Source: a virus
Strand: one strand, 5' to 3'
Length of the DNA stretch: 64,000 nt
Virus record (IMG/VR): IMGVR_UViG_3300022074_000004
Below, piece by piece: positions 1 to 15,000 of the stretch. Every line of letters starts with the position of its first letter. Within the stretch, counting starts at the first letter, position 1. Position numbers and translations under genes: made by a program. The notes below the pieces were generated by a model. It was not told the DNA's origin. It made no database searches and saw nothing but the letters and a program-made list of their open reading frames with translations.

Positions 1-8
1 ATGATGAT

Positions 9-3000
9 ATGCTTCCAAGAGATTATTCTGGTACGGTTCATCTTTATGATGAGAATCAGAATCTCCTGCACTCTTTTGTCGATCCAGATAGAGATGCTGC
101 TAGAACAGTTGCACATGGTGAAGCCGTTAATTTTGGTGCTGCTGTCGCAATCGGAGAAGGTATAATTGCGATTTCTTCGACAAAACAAGATAGATCTAAA
201 ATCAAGGATGCCTCTCTGTATAGTATTCCTATCACAACAGATACTGAAGATAAAGCATTTGGCGTAGTCCATGTTTTTGATAGCAATACTTATCAGCACT
301 TGTATTCTTTGGTGGATAAGTTTACCGAAGGTGATAACCAGTCTTATGTTGATGAAGCTGCACAGAAAAATTATACTTCTCCACATACAGATTTCCATGC
401 TGGATCTTACGGTAGTGGAATAGCTATCGGTAATGGAAGACTTATAATTGGTGACTGTAATGCACAGGTTCATCCTAACGCAAATTATGATTGGAATCCA
501 AGTAATCAAGGAGATCTTGGACATAGAGGAATCAACCGTGGTGCTATTCACATCTATGATCTGACAAAGAGTACTCCTGCAGAAATTCAAGATAGTGAAG
601 TTACTATCGTAAGACCTGCACATACTGAATATCAACCAACTTTTGGTGTTGATCGTTCAATGAAGGTTATTGACGGTAAACTCATTGTTGGTGACTATGC
701 ATATGGTTCAATGTATTGGAGTTACTCAAATTACCAACCAACTAGTTACAGAACTGGGGGTATATATGAAGGTGATTCTAAGATATTCTTCTACGATTTA
801 ACAACTGGAGAACTTATAAGAACCATCAGACCATATGATATTGAGGAAGAGTACCTTCAGGAAGGTTACGTTAACTGGACAATAAGCTGGCCTACTTCTT
901 ATTACCCTTACATAAGAGCGGGTAAAGAGATTATTTCATGTGGAGAATATATTGGTATCTACGCAGATCAAGCTTTTGACCGTGGTGCAAATGTTGGATC
1001 TAATTCTGGTGGTGTTGGCCCTTGGATGTCGAGGCGTCGTATGGGTGCTGTTTACTTATATGATACAGAGGGAAATTATGTAAGAACCATTAGAAGACAG
1101 TGGAGATTCTCTAATAATGATTCTGCCTATGAGGATGAGTATGCTACTAACCCAAGTGGTTTTGCAGAATATGATTATACAGATATAGACCACGGCGAGA
1201 CAATTTATAAAAACGCTCAGGGTGGTGCAATGGACCAAGCATTTGCTTCTACATCAGTTGCATGTTTCGGTAATACACTCTACTTTGGATGTCCATATTT
1301 CCCAGCAATGAAGCAGGGGCACAATTATAATGCAAGCACAAAATCGAGCTGGAGCGTATGGTCAGTAGGTGCTGTTGAAATGTATGATCTTGATACATCT
1401 TTGGAAACTGGTGTTCTGTATGCAAATGTTCCAGAACAAAAAACACAGTATGGAATGACTGTTACTGTTGGAAATGGAAAACTGCTTGTTACAACTAGAG
1501 ATCCAAGTGAACAAAGATATAGTGCAAATAGCACTGGTTTCTTAAATATAAGTTCACTTGGTGCAAGTGTCTTTGCATATGACATTGACAATGATGCTAC
1601 TTCTGAAACTGGTCCATTTGCAGTAAATGGATATTATCCTTTATATAACACCAAGAAATATGCTTCTGCAGCTTCTACTACTAATAAGTGTGCAGAAATA
1701 ACCCTTGGTGGTGTTGTTTATTATAGACCTCACTCTGATGGAATAAATGTAGCTCCTGCATTAGCAAGTGGTCAAGGATGGTTGGGTAGAAATGCTAGCC
1801 CTACTGGTTGGACATTTAATGGTGATGGAACAGCAACATCTGGTGGAACTTGGGAATTACAAACTCCACGCACAAGTAATGTCGGAATACTCGATCCAAA
1901 CACGGAGTATACAATTACTCTTGTTGTTGATTCAATAGCATCTGGACAATTTATGAGTGCTGCTTTCTCTAGAACTCATTCTCAGACCAACAATATCATA
2001 TGGAATGAAATAGGATCTAAAAACATATTCTCTCCTGGTACTTATACTGCAACAGCTACTCCAGGTGGCAATCTTGATGGATTTGTTCTTGCATCATATC
2101 ATTATGCTTCGGCTCTTAATGCAACAATTTCAAAATTAGAAATTGTTGGGCCACCCCCAGCAAGCCCTAGTGCATGGGATGGTGATTACACAGAGTCTTC
2201 TGAGACCGGTCCTTTTGCAATTACATCTAATGTGACATATCAACCAAATGTTCAGGTCATTGGTTCACTAACTGGAACTCTTCAAGGAACTGAATTATTT
2301 GATGGTGGTAATAATTACTTTAATGCTCAAGATGGCAATTACGAAGTACATGATGGAGCGGGTATTTCATTTACACCTCTCACTATTACTTCAAAGCTAG
2401 AGCTTGGATCAGTACTTGGAGGAGATGAGATTCAGCTGGTTCTTAATGCTGGTCTTCCTTCTGAGGTTTTAATCCCAGGAGATGTAACACCAAGGCAGAT
2501 GCTTGATCTTGATCTGACACAATACATTACATTGCCATATGTCCTTGAGAGTATTTCATGGAAAACATCCTATGGACAACAGTGGCAGGGTGGTGGAGTT
2601 TTAATTGCAAGCATCACAATTGATGATGTTGTAGTTGATCAAAACTATAGTTTTCAAAAGAACTTCTATCCACTTTATCTGACAGAACGTGCTGCATACA
2701 GAGCATCTGTTGCAGTTGATGAAGCAGTTTCTACTATCTATGAAGTAAAGGTTAGATATGATGCTGACCTTGGTGCGAATAAGTTTACTTTCAATCCTGA
2801 TAATATTGTTGATAATGATGAGTCTCTTGACCTTAATAAAAAATACGATCTTCAACTTGTAAGAGGTAAGAGATATAGATTTGATCAACAAGATGGGCAG
2901 GGAGATAATAATCAAAATTCAAATAATAATCATCCACTAAGATTTGCTTTCTCGGAAGATGGTCATGATCATGTTCCATTTGCTACTTATGATACTTATC

Positions 3001-6000
3001 GTGATTCAGTACTTGGTAGTGATACTGAAACTCCATATGGAGCACAACTTGCAGAGTTGTACATTCCATTTGATTGTCCAGATGTAATTTATTCCAAGTG
3101 CCATAATCACTCTGGAATGGGCCATGCTATCACTATTGTTGACCCAGAAGTCATCTCTGCTGATAAAAAAGTATTGAATGATGTTGTATATTTTGCTCCT
3201 AAGAATATTAAATATTATGATGATTTTGTAGATGTTCCTACTAGTGAAGTTGGACCAACTGCAGTTAATGGGCACTATCCACTTTATACCACATACGCTG
3301 GCGCTCTTGCAGCATCTTTAAATGATGCAAAACCAGTATTGTTCAATACTCCTGATACTGATGATATTAATTACTATGTTCCTGGAGGAATTGGTGCTTC
3401 AAGACTTTATGGAACCTTTGGATTTAAAGATTTAGATTCCCTTGGAGAAAAAACCTCATACACTTCTGAGACAGCTGTTCAACGGGAGGGTAATTCAGAT
3501 CAACATGTATTTGGTTATGGAAATTACAATGGAACTTCATCTGATAATGTTTATTATAATGGTGAGGATAGGAGTTGGGTATATCCAACCCGCAAGAGAT
3601 TTAACTCTGCAGTAAACTCCAAATATATTGTCTGTGCAGATAGGCAACTTTATAACTATACCGTTGATGCTTATGATGCTTATGGTCAATCTGGTGGGCA
3701 GATTCTTTTCTATGATAAACAAACCCATGAATATTTGGGTCACTTCCATCCATATCAGAATTTTAGAGATTATTTTGGAACTATCGGTGGAAGCAGCACT
3801 TATAAAAGAGAAATTGCATTTGGAATGGGACTTGCAATGAACGAAAAGTGGTTAGCTGTTGGTGGACCTGGTATGCTTGCAGTTGATCTTTCCGCAGGTT
3901 ATGGTAGTGCAAATAACACCATGAGTGGTTCTTATCATAGAGTTGGTGCTGTAGTTGTATATGATATAACAAAACCAACTATTGATGAAATTTATAACTC
4001 TGCAATTTTAATTGTTCCCGATGAAGAAAATGGTTTCTGGGCAGATCAATATGGTGGTAGACCGATTAGATTTGGATTCTCTGTAGATTTAGATGGAGAT
4101 AGATTAATTGTTGGTTCTCCACAGTCTAGTTCTCAAAATTATGATAGCACTGCAACAGGTAGTGGAAACAATAGACTTGAATACTATGGTAGATCTCATC
4201 TTTATACCTTAGATCCAGTATCTAATACTGCAACTTTTGACAAGCACTTAGATGTTCCATTCTATTCAAATAGACATAATGTTGAAATCACTGTCCATGA
4301 TAATTCTGGAGAACTTGCATGGATGAGAGGAAGGGGTTATGAGCCAAACTTCACTAAAAACCAAGCATATGGAACAGAGGTTGCATTTGGAGATAATTAT
4401 ATTGCAGTATCTGGTATTGCATCGGATTACCAGACTGCTTATCGTTATGATAATTCCAAGGTTGCTATTTTTGATAAGCAAGGTAATTACCTGCATACTC
4501 TTACTCCAAGACAGATGATATCACAGGGCACCGAATTCGGTTGCAAAATGATTTGGCATGGAGATATTCTCTTCATTGGTGCTCCAAGGGATAACACTTT
4601 CCATGAGATAAACTACGATGAAATTCTTAATGGTAGAGGAGCTATCTACATCTATGATTATGGTCGTTCTCCAAATCCAATGGGAGATGAAATTATTCTA
4701 AGACCAGGACGCAAGAGTCATAGACCATATATAGCATACAATTACAATAGTAGTGATAATGATCTGTTTGGAGAGTCTTTCGCAGTTAATGATGGTTATT
4801 TGTATGTAACACAATCCTTTACCTATGAGAGATTTGTGTATGTATTTAAACTGTCAGATATTCTTGGGCATAAAGGAAGATTGTTTGCTGAAAACTTTGC
4901 AACAATACCAGTTAAAGAAAGAGGCGCAACTGGCATAAATAGCGACTTCATAAATAGTAGTTACGAAAGAGCTCCTATCGTATGTGCAGATAATGAATCC
5001 CTGTCGGTCATTACTTATCACTCTCAAATCAGATTGAATATCTGGAATATTGGCATAAGTGCAGAGGATCAAATACTGAACTTGAGTGGATATTATCCTT
5101 TATATGAATTCAAGCATCTGGCAGCAGCTGAATCCTCAGATGGATCAACTACTGCAGTAGATATCGATGGTTCTACATATTATCAACCAGCTAATGCAAA
5201 TTACACAGTATTTTCTGGCGGGTATACTTTGGGTGCAGCATCACCAGTTGCTGTGGATGGACATTATCCACTATTTGAGTCAAAACTTGATGCTGAGTTC
5301 CATGATCCAGCTGGAGAATCTGTAGAATTTGTCAGTTCTACAGGATTCTTGTACTACAAGATGTCAGCACCGACTGTCACTACATGGGAAGGTGATTATG
5401 ATCCAGCGACATCTGAAACTGGTCCTCTTGATATTGGTTGGAACTATCCCCTCTACCTTACTGCAAATGGTGCAATCGCAGCATCAGGAGATAATTCAGC
5501 AACAACTCTAGATGTTGAAGGAACAACATATTACTATCCTGGTGGTGTATTTGGATCAAATGATGGTTCTTATCTCGTAAATGAAAACAACTTTACACAG
5601 AGTAAGTTAGGTCATTTGACACAGTATAGTCATAATTTGGATGGTACTCTGGTCGATGACCCTGAGAATATTTACTATCAGTTTGGTCGTACTATTGCTG
5701 CAACTGACACTTATATCGCTGTTGCTGCGCCTATGAGTCAGAAAAAAATCCATGCTGATGATGGATATAATAGTGCTCCTCGTGGTACAATCCGTGTCTA
5801 CAAGTATAATCCTGATGGTGAAGATACTTTTATCACAAAGATTGTCTCTGACGCTGTAAATACTGCTAATTATTATTGGTCATATACTGGACAAGAGGGT
5901 ATGTATGTATCCGAAGACGGATACCTGTATATCTCTACATATCTTGGAAATAGCTTTACATGGAACGGTGTTAATTATCCAGCTGGAGATGCAATTATTG

Positions 6001-9000
6001 AATTTGATCTCAACTCTGAAGATCCTGCAACGATTCAGGCATCAGAGCACATATATCAACCACAGAATACCAATGTGTGGACAGAAGGTACTGATGGTTA
6101 CAGAGAAACATATGCTCATGGATATGGTGGTAGTTTCAGCAATACTCAGCTTCTGCTTGGACGTGCTGCCAGTTATGACGGAGAGTATACAAGAAACATT
6201 GTAGTTAAGGGTAACAGATTATTTGTTGGTGCGCCACAATCAAATAGTTACTATGGTACTGTTTACATTTGGGATCGTACTACTAAAAATGAGATTCAAC
6301 CAATTGCGCATGCGCCACAGGATCCAGGTGGACAATATGGTACACAAAGATACTTTGGTGAATTTCTCTGCATTACAGATACTCACCTGTTAGTACACGC
6401 TACGTCTAATAGTTACAGTCAGAGTGGAGTATTTGCATACAAACTCGATACTTTAGAAGAAGATTATCGTTTAATGCCAAACGATACAATCAGTACTGAT
6501 TTTAGAAATGAGCACTTACTGCCTAAGGGAATTTATTGGGGCGATTATCAATCCATGGTTGGACGTTTCATGCAAGTTGATAATGGATATTTGTACCTCG
6601 CTACTGCAGGACAGGGTTCTAACATGTGGATGGCAAGGTGGAAATTAAGAGATACTACAGAGAATTTCTCTGGAAAAATGCCTGACAAGGTTTATTTCTT
6701 CAGTGATTTGCCTGAAGTACCACTTGATGCTCAGAATACTTCATCTAACATGAGATGGCCAAAGAATACTGTTATCAAGAATGGGCATATGCTCATTGGT
6801 AAGGATTCACATGATTCAGCTGCTGATTGGGAACGTGTATGGTTAGCAAATCTTGAAGATGATGACCTGTCAACTGCAACAATTCTTAAGTCACCACATA
6901 CTTTTGATGGCACTACAAGTTTTGGTAGATATGGTTCACTGGCAATTTCTAATAGAAAGACATACATTGGTGCCCTTGGAGCATATTATAAGAATGATGA
7001 TACTACCACTTATTCCGGTAACGTCTATGTTGCTAATTTATATGATGTTTCACTCATGGCTCTTCCAGTTGAAGATAGTGGATATTATCCATTATATAAG
7101 GGAGAGGAATATGCAACACAATCTGGGTTAGGTACTGGTATTCCAGTCGTTTATGGTGGTAAGAAGTATTATAGACCAAACTTCAATGCAGCTCCTGCAT
7201 TAGAAGACGGTCAAGGATGGTTGGGAAAAAATACAGATCCTACTGATTGGACATTTAATGGTGACGGAACAGCAACCTCTGGTGGAAATTGGTATTTACA
7301 AACTCCACGTACAGATAATGTTGGAATACTTGATCCAAATAAAGAGTATACAATTACTCTTGTTGTTGATTCAATATCAAGCGGTTTTATCAAGGCTGCT
7401 TTCTCTAGAGATCATAGCTTCAGTAACCAAATCAAATGGGACCAGCTTCCCCTTCATGTAAACATAAGCTCTCCTGGTACTTATACTGCAACAGTTACTC
7501 CAGGCAGCAATTTTGACGGATTTGTTATTGGATCACATCATTATTCTACGGCTCTTGATGCAACAATTTCAAAATTAGAAATTGCTGAAGCACCTTCGTA
7601 TACAACATGGGATGGTGACTACACCATTGATCAAGATGCTCCAAGAGCAGTTGATGGGCACTATCCTGTATATCTGACTATCAAAGAAGCTGTATTGAGT
7701 TCACCAAGTTCTGAATATTCTGTATTAAATGGAACTGATGGTGTTACATATTTCAAACCAACAGGAACAGCATCGTTTGATAGTGGTGTAACTAATGAAA
7801 ATATCTCGACACATGAGACTGGTCCATCTGTTATTGGTAACAGCTATCCAATGTATATCACCCACTTAGCATCCAATAATGAAAGTGCTGCTCGTGGTGG
7901 AAGTGGTCTGTCATTAAGAATAGCTGTTGATGGTGTTATGTACTACATGCCAATAGGCGTTAACTATCAAACCTGGATTGCTGGGGACTTTACTTCTAGT
8001 GAGGCAATTGTTGTTAATACTGATGGTACTGTTGATGCATCTACTGGAACATATCCTTTGTATACTTCTAGATTTGCTGCTGAGAATGTTTCTTGGGGAA
8101 CAGGTCAAGTACAGGAGTTTGAATATGGTGGTGTAGTTTACTTCATGCCATCAGGAACAAATGTTACAACATTCACTGGAAATACTTATAGTGAAGATGC
8201 AACATTTGAAATGCCTGGACTTAATCCTGGTACTCCTGATGTCGTAGTTCCTGAACTCACTCATACATCCATGACCTTGTTGGATGCTGCTTACTATGAA
8301 AAGTGGTCAGACAAACAAAACCTTTACCAACTTGAGGTCACACACCTATCAGATGGATCTCTCCATATAAAGAATACATCTGGAAGAAGTGGTTACATTG
8401 CCACAAAGGTCGTTGGTTCCTTCGACGGGGCATACCTTGAGATAGGAAAAACCTACAGACTTAAATTATCAGCTTCTGCATCATATGCAACTACATTCTT
8501 TATGACTAGGGCTACAAACGCTTATGGACACGAGGTATATGATGGCGGACATTTTGATACTTATGCTGAAGTTGCTATTCCTGCGGACGGACAATCTCAT
8601 GACTTTGAAGTTGACTTTGTAGCTGATTATGAATACGCAAATATCAGGCTCCTGCAACAGAGCGCATTCAAAGAAGTTACTATTCATAATATCGAAATTA
8701 TTGAACCTGGTACACCTGCAGATCCTCCAATCCAGCAGCCATTTACAAAACCAATTAGTGTTAATGGTTACTATCCATTATACTTAACTGAAGCGCATGC
8801 TAAACTTGGTGGAAATGGTAACATCAAAGAAATAAAAACTCTTGATTTTACAAATCCAACTTCTGGAAATGCACAGACTACATTCTTTATTCCTAATGGA
8901 GTTAGAACTTGGGAAGGCGATTATGATCTAGCAACATCTGATATTGAAAAACTTACTATCTCTGGTTATTATCCATTATTCTATACAGAAGCAGGTGCGG

Positions 9001-12000
9001 AAGCAGAATCTCCAACAAATAGTGCAATGACGCACGAAGTTGGTGGTCTTACTTACTTTATGCCACATGATACTTTTTATAAGACATATCATGGAGAGTT
9101 GGGATTACTTACAACATCTAAACAAGTTATTAGCACACAAAAACAAATTGAATTCCCAGCAGAAGTATCTGATTTGTCTGGAGATTATCCACAGATCTCA
9201 GTAGGTAAAGATTTCATTGCTTATAGCCAAGAAGATCAGACTAATGAAAAAGTATTCATCTTCTCTATAGATGGAACTTATCAATTCGCTCTTGATAAGA
9301 CTGAACTGAATGATAGTAATTACTCTACTTATACTTCATCTGGAAATCAATACAACTATTGGGGTAATGCGATTACATTCGGTAGAGATGAAAGTGGAAG
9401 TGCTACAAACGAATTGTATGTAGGTGAACCTGGCAATAACAACAGCGGAACCCAAGGTAGAGTTCACAAGTTTGTAATTAGTTCTGATAAACAGACCACA
9501 TATGATAGTGTTGCTACTGCAAATAACGCCACATATACAACCCAGCAGGATTGGAACTTCAAAATGCTTGGCAGCAGAATGACAATCTCTGAGAAAGGAA
9601 ATTACCTCCTCCTTGGTTCATATACTAACTATGCAAAGCATAGGGTTCTTAAGACCAGTGATATGACAGAGTTATATTCCGTTAGTAATGATTGGTCATC
9701 TTCATATCATGAAACACTATACATTAGTGAAGAGCAAGATCTTTTCCTCATTGGTATGCCAAGAAGAAATAATTACCGTGGTCAGATTAATGTTTACAGA
9801 TTATCGGACGGCACCAGACTTGGAACAGTGATGGGAGTAAACAACTGGCGCTACTTTGGTCAGGGCAGTATGTTTGTTAGAGGTAATTATATCATCAATT
9901 TCCATAATAACTACATGTCCTTGTGTAGTTTGGAAACTTTCACAGTAGTTGACACCAAGAGTTATTCCGGTGAAGAAATTTATAGTTCTAGTAGAAATAC
10001 TACATTCTATGTCGAAGATGATGAAGCAAATTCAGGAAATGGAGTATTCCAAGGAACCATGTGGATGGGTAACTACTATGATTATGCACATTTCATTGAT
10101 CCGCCTGAAGCATCTAGTAGTGGTCAGTGGGGTTCTATTCTCAAGTATCAGTGGAAACTTGATACAAACACGTCTAGCTCGTATATGTATAGTCATACCC
10201 CAGTGTGGGTTCATGATGTACATAATGTAGATAGGCATGATGCACTGAAGAAGATTAACGTATTTTCAAAATCTCAAGGAAGTAATAATGGTAGTTTTGG
10301 TAATGGACGTAGTTGGGATTTGAATAGTGCTAAGGATACAGTCATTGCGATGGCTAAGAATAAAGATTTATATCAGTACAAATATCGTGCTGTAAATGAA
10401 CTTCCTATCGCAAAGAATGGTTACTATCCACTCTATGAAATTGAATCTATTGCCAATAAGTACTCTGGTGATGGAACTTCTACTTTAGTTAACGTTGCTG
10501 TACAGCCAGAAATTATTGATTATGAAAATGATTTTACAAGTGATCAAAATAGTTATGGATATGTATCTAATGATTGGGGTAGTTCTTCTGTAAGAGTACA
10601 TGATACCACAGAAGGTTGCTTGAGTATTACTGATTCTTCATCAGGCTCTTCGTATTATTTGACCAACTTACCTCAAGATCAGTTGTACACTCTAGAGGTT
10701 GAAGTTGAGCAAACTGAAGGGGCTGAAGCTCAAGTCCACACTTATCTTCTGAATGAGTCTGGTTCTAGTGGTGGTTCTCATGCTCCTAGAACATTCTATT
10801 ACTCAGGTGCTGGTCGTAGGAAATTTACACTTGAAGTTAAGACTATTCGCAATGGTAGTTCTATTCAATTTATGCTTAAAAATAATAATGGTAGTGGGGA
10901 TGGAACAGTCAAACTTCATTATATTAAAGTATCTCATTTAGATACTACACAACCTCCCGTCAATGATTATTACTACTATCCAAATAATGTAACATATCAA
11001 ACTTGGACTCCTAAGTGGCATGAAGAATCTGAAAAATGGTGGGTCCCTCTTGCTCCTAGATATGGTAGTCAGATAACAACATATAATCATCCTGTTAGAA
11101 TGCATTATGCTGAAGAGCATGCAGAATCAGGTCCAAACGCAGTTGGTGGAAATTATCCATTATATGATACTATAAATGGTGCTTTTGATGGCAGTAAATC
11201 AGGTTACTTTGGAGCATTCCCCAACTTACAATCTGATGTAGCAGAAGTTGAGATTTCTGGTGTTACATATTTCCAACCAACTGGAGTTTCTACCTGGTCT
11301 GGTGATTACTTCGAATCTGGTTCTTATGACCCATCACCAGAAGTTATTGGATCATTTAATACTAGACCAGAAAATCTATTCAGTAATGGTAACTTTGGTG
11401 GATGGTTGACAGCTCATAAGCAAGGTGCTTCTTTCAGTCCAATTACAATTAACAGTTCATTGGTAATTAATAACTATACGCCACAAGGATCTTCTGGATA
11501 TGGACTTACTTTCAACTACGGACTTAGTTCTGAGGTTGTAATTCCTGGACCAACAGTAAGAGCAAGACAAGACTATGATGTCAGTCAATACCTGACCTTC
11601 CCATTTGTTCTTGAAAATATCGTCTTTACATTTAGAGACGGTGGAAAATCACAAACAATTGGTAATATCACAGTTGATGGTGTTCTTGTTGATGATACTT
11701 ACGGAACCCCTGCTTCAGATGCAGCAATAGCAGCTGCTTTACCACAATTAGTTAATGGTTACTACCCAGTATATTTGGCAGAGAAATTTGCAATCGAAGA
11801 AAGTGAAGTATATAATACTGGATCCGGATCTGCTACACCATATGTTGTCAACAATCTTCTCTACTACATGCCAGATAATGTTCCATATACAACATGGACT
11901 GGTGATTATTCAGACAATACTCCTCTCTCGATCGATGGTTATTATCCATTATATCGTTCGGAATTGGCATCTAATGCGCAGAGTACTGAACTTGGTGGAG

Positions 12001-15000
12001 ATGGTACATCAGTAGCCTATACTTTAAGTGATGGCACAATGTACTTTATGCCAGGATTAGTTACATCCACAACATGGACTGGTGATTTTGATGCAGCAAC
12101 TGTTGATGTTCTGCCATCAAACATTAATGGATATTTCCCAATGTATTATACTTCTAATGCTGCAGCTGCTGCAGGTTGGGGTGGAGTTTCCACTGTGAAT
12201 ATTAGTGGAGTTACATATTTCTATCCTACTATGGGACCAGCAACTTGGTTCGGTGATTTTGACCCAGCAACTGCTGATTTAGTCCCTGAAGATATTCAAG
12301 GATATTATCCTCTGTATAAGACTGCTGCTGGAGCAGGATCTGGATATGAAAAACTTGTATTTGAGACTGGTATCAGATATCTGAAAGTTGATGGAAATGA
12401 ATATCGTGGATCTTATAACAGATACACCTGGGATGAGATGCTGGCAACTGAGAAAGTATTTGCAAGATCAACTGATAAGGATGGTCTTCGTATCTACGGA
12501 GCTAACACTATTGCTACAGGTGGTGGAAGAATTCTGGTAAGTTCATATGATAGAAGATGTGAAATGTATGATATGGATGGTCAACTATTATATAATATTA
12601 TATCTCCAATCCAAAATCCTAGTGATTTCGGTTCTGGTGGAACAAATTGTCTCATCTCTGGTGATATGGCAGCAATTGCTGACAAGAGTTTCTCTTATGG
12701 CGGTCAATCTAATTGTGGTGCAGTTTATCTGTTCCCACTATACAGCACTCCAGAGGGATATACTGAAGAAGATAGACCAGGTGGTGGTCGTGGTACTCCT
12801 TCTGGTTATACTCATCCTCATAAGACATATGGTGGATTACCAAGAGAGCATGTAGTATTGAAGAGCCCAGAAGGTCCTATCAATCAGGAACAGTTCGGAC
12901 TGTCGATGGCAGCTGGTCATGGTTTATTAGCGGTCGGATGTTCTCCTAATGCAGCATCTACTGTAGTCAGTGGACAAAGAGGTAGAATTTACTTCTTTGA
13001 TCTTAAGACAGGTGAATATAAATTTACTATTAGAAAGGGTGGTTCTGACGATTATTCATATTTTGGTAGTAATGCCTTTAGTATTGCTATTGGATCTAAT
13101 ATGATTGCTGTCGGACACCAACGTGGTGGTTATTACTATGGTCTTGTATACATCTATGATCTTGAAGGAAATTACATTGCTAAACTTGCACAGCCTCAAA
13201 CTGGAGCTCAGCAGTGGAGTGATTTTGGATTCCATCTTTCACTTACACCAGAATACCTGATGGTTGGTGCAAAAACTTCTACTGTCTCAACTAGCAGTCA
13301 AGGCGTTGTGTACTACTTTAAGATCAGTGATATTTTGAGTGGAGATTATAAGTGTCCAAATGGACCAAGTAATTATTGGACTGGTCGTGGATATGAACCA
13401 ACTCACCCAATTGCCAAAACCGATGCAGTTGACTATCCAGATGATAGGATTGGAAATGCTAGTATGATTACTACTAATGATAAGGGATATAGTGGACTTC
13501 GAAGCAATGATGCTGCTACATGGGTTGTTGGTGCATATGGAAGAATCTTCTTAGGTGCTCACAGTCATGATAGATATCTCAGTCATGATGGTGTTGAAAG
13601 CGCCGGTAATGATTATGGTGCAGTATTCTCAGTTGACCTTGAAGAATTTGATGGTTCTACACTTCCTTCCGCTACAGCTAATTCTGATCACACTAGCAAT
13701 TGGGATAAAATACATGCAGATCGGAGCCAACAAGCTTATTCTTACCTCGGTAATGTATTTGCCCATGATAATATTTTGTTCATTAGTGCTAGTTACGGTC
13801 AAAACCCCAATTCAACTGATAGGGGTATTGTTAAAATGTATAAATTAGCTCCTGGAGCTGTTGAAGGAAACATTACGGAAGACATATCTGTAAGTGAAGT
13901 TACTTCTAACGCAGATGCTCAGAATGTTTCTAGCATGGGATTAGACCAATATCCACAAGTTGGTGCTTTATTGCATTCGGGTGATTCCGCACCAATCGGA
14001 GTATCTGATACATTAACGACATTAACAGATCCTGCTATAGAAGCTATTGGCGCAGAATGGCAGACAATTTCTACTCAATTCGTTGAGAGAATTGCTGATA
14101 TTGAAAATCTTGGCAATGGAGTTCTCCTTGCTGGTGGTGGCGATTATGGTCAACATCATACTAGTACTACTACTGATCGTAATTGGAATACTCATTCCAG
14201 AAAACTGTTCAGATCCGATGATAACGGAAAAACTTGGACAATTTCTGACCCAGCAAGAGCATTTGAACCATTCTTCTCTGATGAATCAGTTGGAACTTTT
14301 GGATCTACTGGTAACAATTCATATCATCATGAAAGAGAATCCGATACTTATCATTCAATTTGTAACTTGGGTGGTGGTAAGGTTCTTGTTTCTGTTGGTA
14401 CAAATGGACATCATGGGGATCAGTATTTCATTCCATACATTCTCAAGTCAGATGATTATGGATTGACCTGGACCGAGACTCATCCATTTGCTAACCCTAA
14501 TCACCTGCATGAGGATCAAAGTTACTATAATGAACACTATGTCTATCCAGAGAGAATTTTTGGAATTAGTTGCATGACACATATTGGTGGTGGTGTTGTT
14601 CTTGCTGGTGGTGGTGTTGAATTTATGACCAGTGGTTATACTGGTGATCTAAGAGGACAACTCTCTAGATCTACTGATTATGGAGAAACATGGACTAAGG
14701 TTAGATATCTACCTTCGACACCTCAGCTGCAAGGAAATGATATTTTCTTCATTGAAAAACTCAGCAATGGTAACACCTATATTGGTGTGAATTATATTTC
14801 TCATACTAAGTTGTTTAAGTCAAGTGATGATGGTGTAACTTGGGAACGTCTCACCTCATGGCCCGAACCATTCTATATGCCTCAAAACAATGGAAACATG
14901 CAAGTTAGACTTATTACTGGTGTAACTGAACTTTCTAACGGTAGGGTTCTCGTATCAGGCGGATCACCAATTGGAGACACTACAACAAGCTTTGGTGGTA

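Noticed and set aside
1752-7584. Diversity-generating retroelement template/variable repeat pair
   Set aside because: Mismatches are not adenine-specific (many synonymous C/T changes), both copies are in-frame coding, and no reverse transcriptase is in the window.
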